Shown piece by piece: positions 55,325-64,000 of a stretch of 64,000 nt of DNA. The notes under the pieces were generated by a model that saw nothing but the letters and a program-made list of their open reading frames with translations, had not been told where the DNA came from and searched no databases. Source of the DNA: Macrostomum hystrix (Eukaryota; Animalia; Platyhelminthes); NCBI GenBank assembly GCA_950097015.1, contig CATNEN010000038.1, forward strand, positions 6,820,001 to 6,884,000, in the 5' to 3' direction. Numbering within the stretch: position 1 is the first letter of the stretch; each line of letters opens with the position of its first letter. The position numbers were made by a program, and so were the translations under genes.

Positions 55325-57662
55325 TCATATCTCAATCTCATCTCTACCCTTCTCAATCTCATCTTTACCCTTTTCAATCTCATCTCTGCAATTCTCAATC
55401 TCATCTCTACAATTCTCAATCTCATCTCTACCATTTTCAATCTCATCTCTACAATTCTCAATCTCATCTCTACCCTTCTCAATCTCATCTATACCATTCT
55501 CAATCTCGTCTATACCATTCTCTATCTCATCTCTGCCATTTTCAATCTCATCTATACCATTCTCAATCTCATCTATACCATTCTCTATCTCATCTCTGCC
55601 ATTTTCAATCTCATCTATACCATTCTCAATCTCATCTATAACATTCTCTATCTCAACTCTACAATTCTCAATCTCATCTATACCATTCTCAATCTCATCT
55701 ATAACATTCTCTATCTCAACTCTACAATTCTCAATCTCATCTCTACCCTTCTCAATCTCATCTTTACCCTTTTCAATCTCATCTCTGCAATTCTCAATCT
55801 CATCTCTACAATTCTCAATCTCATCTTTACCCTTCTCAATCTCATCTCTGCAATTCTCAATCTCATCTCTACAATTCTCAATCTCATCTCTACCATTTTC
55901 AATCTCATCTCTACAATTCTCAATCTCATCTCTACCCTTCTCAATCTCATCTATACCATTCTCAATCTCATCTCTACCCTTCTCAATCTCATCTATACCA
56001 TTCTCAATCTCGTCTATACCATTCTCTATCTCATCTCTGCCATTTTCAATCTCATCTATACCATTCTCAATCTCATCTATACCATTCTCTATCTCATCTC
56101 TGCCATTTTCAATCTCATCTATACCATTCTCAATCTCATCTATAACATTCTCTATCTCAACTCTACAATTCTCAATCTCATCTATACCATTCTCAATCTC
56201 ATCTATAACATTCTCTATCTCAACTCTACAATTCTCAATCTCATCTTTACCCTTTTCAATCTCATCTCTGCAATTCTCAATCTCATCTCTACAATTCTCA
56301 ATCTCATCTTTACCCTTCTCAATCTCATCTCTGCAATTCTCAATCTCATCTCTACAATTCTCAATCTCATCTCTACCATTTTCAATCTCATCTCTACAAT
56401 TCTCAATCTCATCTCTACCCTTCTCAATCTCATCTATACCATTCTCAATCTCATCTATACCATTCTCAATCTCATCTATACCATTCTCTATCTCATCTCT
56501 GCCATTTTCAATCTCATCTCTGCAATTTTCAATCTCATCTTTACCCTTTTCAATCTCATCTCTGCAATTCTCAATCTCATCTCTACAATTCTCAATCTCA
56601 TCTTTACCCTTTTCAATCTCATCTCTACAATTCTCAATCTCATCTCTACCATTTTCAATCTCATCTTTACCCTTTTCAATCTCATCTCTACAATTCTCAA
56701 TCTCATCTCTACCATTCTCAATCTCATCTCTACCCTTCTCAATCTCATCTCTACCATTTTCAATCTCATCTCTGCAATTCTCAATCTCATCTCTACAATT
56801 CTCAATCTCATCTCTACCCTTCTCAATCTCATCTATACCATTCTCAATCTCATCTATACCATTCTCTATCTCATCTCTGCCATTTTCAATCTCATCTATA
56901 CCATTCTCAATCTCATCTATACCATTTTCAATCTCATCTCTGCCATTTTCAATCTCATCTATACCATTCTCTATCTCATCTCTACAATTTTCAATCTCAT
57001 CTATACCATTCTCAATCTCATCTCTACAATTTTCAATCTCATCTATACCATTCTCAATCTCATCTCTACAATTTTCAATCTCATCTATACCATTCTCAAT
57101 CTCATCTATACCATTTTCAATCTCATCTCTGCCATTTTCAATCTCATCTATACCATTCTCTATCTCATCTCTACAATTTTCAATCTCATCTATACCATTC
57201 TCAATCTCATCTCTACAATTTTCAATCTCATCTATACCATTCTCAATCTCATCTATACCATTTTCAATCTCATCTCTGCCATTTTCAATCTCATCTATAC
57301 CATTCTCTATCTCATCTCTACAATTTTCAATCTCATCTATACCATTTTCAATCTCATCTCTGCCATTTTCAATCTCATCTCTGCCATTTTCAATCTCATC
57401 TATACCATTCTCTATCTCATCTCTACAATTTTCAATCTCATCTCTGCCATTTTCAATCTCATCTCTGCAATTTTCAATCTCATCTCTACAATTCTCAATC
57501 TCATCTCCACCATTTTCAATCTCATCTCTACAATTCTCAATCTCATCTCTACCATTTTCAATCTCATCTCTACAATTCTCAATCTCATCTATACAATTCT
57601 CAATCTCATCTCTGCAATTCTCAATCTCATCTCTACAATTCTCAATCTCATCTCTACCGTTC
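55325..57662. repeat. 21-bp minisatellite (AATCTCATCTCTACMATTCTC)n with higher-order blocks
   Basis: About 110 copies; stop-free in two frames. Confidence 0.97.
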
Positions 57663-58212
57663 TTAATTGTAAACTTTTCACTCCGAAATTTATATCTTTT
57701 ATCGGTAATCTTCTCTCAGGATTGCTGGATCTTAATTTCAGAAACGAAGGAGCCGCATGCCCTACTGGCAGCGTATTTATGGCGCATAAGTGTTTAAATT
57801 ATATGCCGTGACAACAATTCAAAAAGATTCAGACAACACTAGCAGGAAAATCGACATTAAAAACAGTGGAAGAAGTTTCTCTCACAGAATTTCATTCGTT
57901 AAAGCCAGAATCGCCTAACAATATTGATCGCCGCTTGCTGGTACCAACGGTTGAGAGTTGACTTTGTCGGCAAATTTTCAAGGAGTTCGAAAAAAATTTC
58001 TAGTTCTTTCATTTTCTACCCTTCCTTTCCCTCAGTGTTTGTACTTTTAACCTGCCATGTGTTGGCTGTGAATTATTAGTCAAACAATTATTGGTACAGA
58101 CTCCATGTGCAATAAAAAATTCGTATTTGAATTGCCAATTTATGTTTTCATGTCGGGCAATCTATATGGTTTCCCGACAGACTCCGTACTAAAAATGGTT
58201 GCCATGGTTATT

Positions 58213-58250
58213 AGATAGGTAGGTAGATAGATAGATAGATAGATAAATAA

Positions 58251-58297
<47 letters not shown>

Positions 58298-58310
58298 GAT
58301 AGATAAATAA

Positions 58311-58370
<60 letters not shown>

Positions 58371-58378
58371 ATAAATAG

Positions 58379-58409
<31 letters not shown>

Positions 58410-58418
58410 GATAAATAA

Positions 58419-58501
<83 letters not shown>

Positions 58502-58505
58502 GATG

Positions 58506-58581
<76 letters not shown>

Positions 58582-58585
58582 GATG

Positions 58586-58659
<74 letters not shown>

Positions 58660-58660
58660 G

Positions 58661-58727
<67 letters not shown>

Positions 58728-58728
58728 G

Positions 58729-58770
<42 letters not shown>
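58213..58770. repeat. (GATA)n microsatellite
   Basis: About 140 units with occasional variants. Confidence 0.99.
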
Positions 58771-59655
58771 GCAGGCAACAGAGGAGCTGTACAACAGGGC
58801 AAAAATAGGCCCACCCAACATGCAGGCAATTCCATTGTGTAATTTGTCTCGCATTTCTGCAAGTAGACGGCTGCTGAGGAGTCACACGAGGCCACACAGG
58901 AATAAGATTCTCAATGACTGGGGACAGCAGAGCCCAGTCACCACGGAAGCAGCCCGCAGCCCCGACACGGATCTTTATGTGTACTCTTCAGTCTCTCCAG
59001 TCGCTTTTCCGTATTATCCTGTCTTGGAGCAGTTGTTTTCGAGGAAGTCAAAGGAAGAAGTCAAGCCTAAACCAGACCCTGCACGAGAGATGTGCCCAAA
59101 GAAATAGTTTGAGCTTAGCAGGTAGACTCAGACGGGGGTTCGATTCTCAGCCCAAGCCAAACAGGCATCTGAGTTGGCGTGGCAGCCTGCCCAGTCCATG
59201 GACTGAACAAGCTGTTCTTTTTTTCAGTCTCAGTCTTCAGTAAGTTTCAGTTCTGAGTCTCATCCTGGCGAAGCGACAGGATTAGACAGAGAAAAATAAG
59301 ATATTTTTATATTTACCCTATAAAAATAATTCCGAGCAGAGTACAAGGGACAGCCAGTCAAGCAATCGCGTCGGTCCACAAAAACCTGTCAGACTGGCGA
59401 CAGAGAGAATCTTCGTGGAAGAAAATGCGAACTGTGCCGGCTATTGAGAATACAGACTGGACTCAAAACCAATGGCTTTGCTGCAGAATTGTCACGCTTA
59501 GACAGGAACGGGGGGAGAGGAGAGACGGGAGGAACACAGCGGACATGCCAAACAGGGACACGGATGGACACTATTTAGCTGGACAGGCAGTGGGAGGTTG
59601 AGAATAATTTCTCCAATCCAAAGCAACAACAACAAGCAGCTAGGTTGGGCACATA

Positions 59656-60144
59656 ATGTCCAGCGCTTCAACTGTACAAACAACTCAACCGTCTTCTTGG
59701 ACGACGCCGCAAACGGTGACGCAGCAGCAGCAGCAGCAGGCCGCAGGAGCTCCCGTGTGGCTAGCCCACGTTCTGCTGTCTGTGATTCTGATCGGCCTCC
59801 TACTAGCATCATTCCTCAGCTATCGATCCAAGCGCCGCAGGACGGGCGGCTTCCAGGTGCGGGACTACAGGCAGCTGAGCTGCTGCCGCAGCGCCTGTCG
59901 CTGCTGCATCGGCTCGGTTGCCGGCAGCGGAGTCGGCGGCCGGCCCAGCGTTGAAGTGACCGGAGGCGGCGCTGGCGTCGGCGGCCCGACAACTGCAGCC
60001 GCATCGGCCAGTCTGGCGGTGCGCGGCTTCGGCAACTCGCCGAGGTCTGTGAGCTACGCCAGCAGAGCCACGTCCGCCGGTGGCGGAGGAGCCGGCGCAG
60101 GCAGGAAGAACTCGACAGGACTCAGGGCCGACTACGGCTTCTGA
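59656..60144 (+). CDS. Uncharacterised single-pass membrane protein (162 aa)
   Basis: ATG-initiated, GC-rich ORF; S/T/Q-rich N-terminus, TM VWLAHVLLSVILIGLLLASFLSY, basic stop-transfer RSKRRR, CC..C.CC cluster, Gly/Ser-rich tail ending DYGF. Confidence 0.65.
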   Translation: MSSASTVQTTQPSSWTTPQTVTQQQQQQAAGAPVWLAHVLLSVILIGLLLASFLSYRSKRRRTGGFQVRDYRQLSCCRSACRCCIGSVAGSGVGGRPSVEVTGGGAGVGGPTTAAASASLAVRGFGNSPRSVSYASRATSAGGGGAGAGRKNSTGLRADYGF

Positions 60145-60384
60145 GTAGGCCTTTAGGCAGCTCCTGTGCCCAGTTTGTGTGCCTTAAGCTTTTCTGTTGC
60201 TCATCTCACTGTACATTTATTTTTTATTAGTCCATGAAGATTCTGCTTTATCAGCTTATGATGAATTCAGTCAACTCCAAGCAGCAACCAACTCGCAGCC
60301 AGAATGATCTGTCAACTAATTGTTTCTGATCGCGTCATGACTCATTTGTCACAAACTGAACTTAATCTAAAATTAACTTATTGC

Positions 60385-60715
60385 CAAGGCTACAATGACC
60401 TCTCAGCTGCAATGACTAACATGCAGCTACAATGACCACCCATACAGCTACAATGACCACCCATACGGCTACAATGACCACCCATACGGCTACAATGACC
60501 ACCCATACGGCTACAATGATCACCCATACAGCTAAAATGACCACCCATATGGCTACAATGACCACCAATACAGCTACAATGACCACCCATTCAACAACGA
60601 CGACCACCTATGCAGCTTCAATGACCACCCATCAGCTACAATGACCACCCATGCAGCTACAATGACCACCCATACAGCTACAATGACAACCCAGCTCGAT
60701 CCCAGCTACATGTAC
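60385..60715. repeat. 21-bp minisatellite (GCTACAATGACCACCCATACR)n
   Basis: About 15 copies. Confidence 0.93.
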
Positions 60716-61469
60716 AATGCAATCTCTCTGCTATGCAATGACCTATTGAATTCTATGGGCATGAAATGTATCACTTTTTAAAAGAACTACAAAATCTTGA
60801 AGCACAATGGATCTCTTTAATCAGAGATTTTTTTGATGGCCTTTTAATGCGCAGTTTGTAAGAAATGTTTCTTTCGCTAAAAATACCATGTTAAGCCGGA
60901 GTTTATTTATTCGAAAAAAATACTTTAGATTTCATTTGGTTTTTTTACTTCTCAACAGGTTTAAACAGGACCAAAACACTAAATAGTGCTATTGGTTAGC
61001 AAATTAAATTTATTTCTGCTGTACGAAATCGAACACTTCAAATGTTGACTCGCCAGGAAATACCGATAATTTTTTTTGTCTGGCCTGAATTCCTGAGCGC
61101 GAGCTGTCGCCATTTAGATGTTTTTTATATCTCATTATTCTCTTCAATCTACGAGTAGTCTGAGTACTGAATGAGTACGTTGGACGACTCCGCTTGGTGA
61201 AATTCTGCGCGAGGCACTCTTTCCCTCAGAAACCTCACCGCTCTGCTTCTATACTCAGGCCATTGTTTAGCTGTTCTGTTCTAAGTTTTTGTACTAAAAA
61301 AATGAGCTTTACTAGCCAGCTAGCTTTGATGGTTACTATTCATCTTTCAAAACTGAATTTTAAATGCGTTGAAGCACCAGCGCACTATACATAATTTTGC
61401 TGACTACATGACAATAGGCATCGCTAGCAACAATACACATTGCATAGTCCGGCGGATATGGCTATCGAA

Positions 61470-61980
61470 ATCCTGTGAATCGGCATTCTGTGTGAATCAG
61501 GATTCTGTGTGAATCAGGATTCTGTGTGAATCGGCATTCTGTGTGAATCAGGATTCTGTGTGAATCGGCATTCTGTGTGAATCAGGATTCTGTGTGAATC
61601 GGCATTCTGTGTGAATCAAGATTCTGTGTGAATCGGCATTCTGTGTGAATCAAGATTCTGTGTGAATCGGCATTCTGTGTGAATATGTCTTCATGTGAAT
61701 CGGCATTCTGTGTGAATCAGGATTCTGTGTGAATCGGCATTCTGTGTGAATCAGGATTCTGTGTGAATCAGGATTCTGTGTGAATCAGGATTCTGTGTGA
61801 ATCGGCATTCTGTGTGAATCAGGATTCTGTGTGAATCGGCATTCTGTGTGAATCAGGATTCTGTGTGAATCGGCATTCTGTGTGACTCGTAATTCTGTGT
61901 GAATATGTCTTCATGTGAATCGAGATTCGGTGAATCGGGATTCTGTGTGACTCGGGATTCTGTGTGACTCGGGATTGTGA
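61470..61980. repeat. 17-bp minisatellite (GTGAATCRGSATTCTGT)n
   Basis: About 30 copies with alternating variants. Confidence 0.95.
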
Positions 61981-62019
61981 TTCTTATTTACTTTGTAATG
62001 GTACACGCCATATGTCAGT

Positions 62020-62332
62020 GGATGGGTGACTGCGGTAAACGCGTTTCTCTCGCACTAAGGTCTTTGAGCTCGATGCCGCGGCAAAGCCACATTTATTTGG
62101 GGCGCAGCCACTAGAGAAGGCTTGGGGGCTTGTCGAACAATTTACGCCCTTGAGTGCCAACCTCCAAGGCACAGTGAAACTGCATGTACATTGTTTGACA
62201 ATAAGAAAGTCAGAGAAGTTGAAAACACCAGTATGAGCGTTTGCCTACGTACAGTATCTGCTCAGGAGTCAGCGAAATGGGCAGAATTGCCTCCTCGCTG
62301 GCTGCAGGTCTAGTGTCACCATATGATGTGCC
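62020..62332 (+). mobile_element. SINE family A, near full-length copy
   Basis: tRNA-like head, body, tail hairpin GAGTCAGCG...CGCTGGCT and CTAGTGTCACC..ATGATGTGCC end. Confidence 0.8.
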
Positions 62333-62657
62333 GTTTCCCACAACCCTTCCTGCAAAGATTATTAATAATTTTTGTCCTTTATCATCAGCACCGCAAAATC
62401 GCGTAGTATATGTCTGTTCACTACTTTAAGTAGAGAGAAGCTGTCGCTATCAGATTTTAGTCAATGAATAGATATTCCACACAGTAATTAAGGGTCTGCT
62501 TGCAGATTGGCCCCAGTTCGTTGGCCAATCATTTGTTTTGACGATTATTTCGACATAAGAAGGGCTCGCTCCTAACTAGATAAGCTTTAAAGCATAAACC
62601 GATCTTGCCCTGTCAGCCTTTTTCTGATGGAGAGCGCCACCAAGCCACCACGAACTC

Positions 62658-64000
62658 ATGACTGCCGCTGCCACAGCAAACTTGGAGACTGTTCAGCAGT
62701 GTCTGAATAGCGGATCGAGACCAAGCGAATCCTTCGAGTTCTTTGAGATGCAGCTCTCGCCTCTCCAGTTAGCCTGCTCGCTCGGCAAGCTGGAGTCTGT
62801 CAAGGCGCTTTTTAACGCTCAACTGGAGGCTGAGCACTCTGGACAGGGCGAGTCGCCTCTGATTCTAGCGTCAAAGAACGGACACCGTAAAGTTGTGGAC
62901 CATCTCATCAAACTGCAGGTTGACATCAATCTAACGGGTCCCGCTGGCGAGCCTGCGCTCTACGGCGCGGCACGAAACGGACACGAGAAGGTTGTCAAAG
63001 CGCTGGTCAAAGCGCAAGCCGATGTTAACCAGCAGAGCCGCAATGGGCAGTCAGCGCTCTGGATTGCGGTGCAGAATGGTCACAGGCGAGTTATCAAAGC
63101 TCTTATCAAGGCGCAAGCTGACGTTAATCTTTCGACAATCGATGGCGGCTCACCGTTATTGATAGCCACACAGATTGGCCAGACAGCAATCCTCACTTTA
63201 CTCATCGCGGCTCAAGCCAATGTGGAGTCTCAAACTCCAAAAGGTGATAAAGCTCTTCACGTGGCCGTGAGCAGTGGTCATTGGAGAATTCTGAATGCCC
63301 TCATCAAAGCGCACGCCGATGTCAACGCTAAGGATAGAAGGCACAGCTCTGCTCCGCTTCATCTTGCGGCGGAAACCGGTGCTCAGAGTATGGCTGATGC
63401 ACTCATCAGGGCTCAGGCGGATGTAGATGCTCAAAGGAGCACGGGAGCCACGCCGATCTTAATTGCCTCTCACTATGGCCACAGAGAAGTTGTTCGATTG
63501 CTTATAGGAGGTCAGGCGGATGTGAACATTCAGAGACTAACGGGCCACTCTCCGGTATATGTTGCCGCCCAGAATGGGCATACCCGTATTGTCACTCAGC
63601 TCATAAGAGCACACGCGGATGTTGACTCACAAGAGACAAACCAAGGTTCGTCACCATTGCACATTGCAGCCCAGAACGGTCACTGTCAAGTCGTAGACTT
63701 GCTCATTACAGCTCAGGCAGACGTCAACCTTATCGAAGATGTCTATGGGTCGTCGCCAATTTACATAGCGTGCCTCAATGGTCTTGAGCAGGTGGTGAAA
63801 TCTCTAACCAGGGCGCAAGCTGCAGTTAGCCTTCCAGCCAGCGCTGGCGTGTCGCCGCTTTACCTCGCGTGTCAGGGAGGCTATCAGCGCATTGTGAACT
63901 GGCTAATAAAAGCGCAAGTCGACATCAACCAGACAAACTCTGGCGGTTCATCACTTCACGTATCGGCGCACAATGGCCACAGGCAGGTGGTGGAGGCGCT
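62658..64000 (+). CDS. Ankyrin-repeat protein (about 13 repeats visible, runs off window end)
   Basis: Stop-free frame from ATG 62658 to the window end, absent from the ORF track; repeated G.SPL.IA.QNGH..VV..LI.AQADVN units. Confidence 0.93.
   Translation, partial: MTAAATANLETVQQCLNSGSRPSESFEFFEMQLSPLQLACSLGKLESVKALFNAQLEAEHSGQGESPLILASKNGHRKVVDHLIKLQVDINLTGPAGEPALYGAARNGHEKVVKALVKAQADVNQQSRNGQSALWIAVQNGHRRVIKALIKAQADVNLSTIDGGSPLLIATQIGQTAILTLLIAAQANVESQTPKGDKALHVAVSSGHWRILNALIKAHADVNAKDRRHSSAPLHLAAETGAQSMADALIRAQADVDAQRSTGATPILIASHYGHREVVRLLIGGQADVNIQRLTGHSPVYVAAQNGHTRIVTQLIRAHADVDSQETNQGSSPLHIAAQNGHCQVVDLLITAQADVNLIEDVYGSSPIYIACLNGLEQVVKSLTRAQAAVSLPASAGVSPLYLACQGGYQRIVNWLIKAQVDINQTNSGGSSLHVSAHNGHRQVVEA

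Noticed and set aside
55262-57811. 849-aa and 837-aa ORFs with heptad repeats and a signal-peptide-like start
   Set aside because: Translations of a 21-bp satellite that lacks stops in two frames; non-ATG starts; no coding-type variation

Overview
Eukaryotic (metazoan) genomic DNA, roughly one third tandem repeats. The repeat landscape and intron style resemble a free-living flatworm such as Macrostomum, but that is an inference. I assembled spliced genes by hand from GT-AG sites with consistent phases: a GPI-type ephrin (minus, 6 exons, 28693-10820), ODF3/SHIPPO1-repeat protein (plus, 4 exons), sphingosine-1-phosphate phosphatase (minus, 4 exons) and a nicotinic acetylcholine receptor alpha-type subunit with a non-canonical aromatic box (minus, 7 exons). 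There is also an orphan single-pass membrane ORF and an ankyrin-repeat ORF running off the right end. Mobile DNA: a decayed piggyBac between near-perfect 77-bp inverted repeats with nested cargo; Tc1, RTE, Gypsy and Penelope fragments; and two tRNA-derived SINE families. One SINE family is CORE-like. The other carries a 14-nt exact match to the HDV ribozyme P3/L3 core. Most long ORFs in the supplied track are translations of minisatellites. No CRISPR, rRNA or bona fide tRNA genes were seen.
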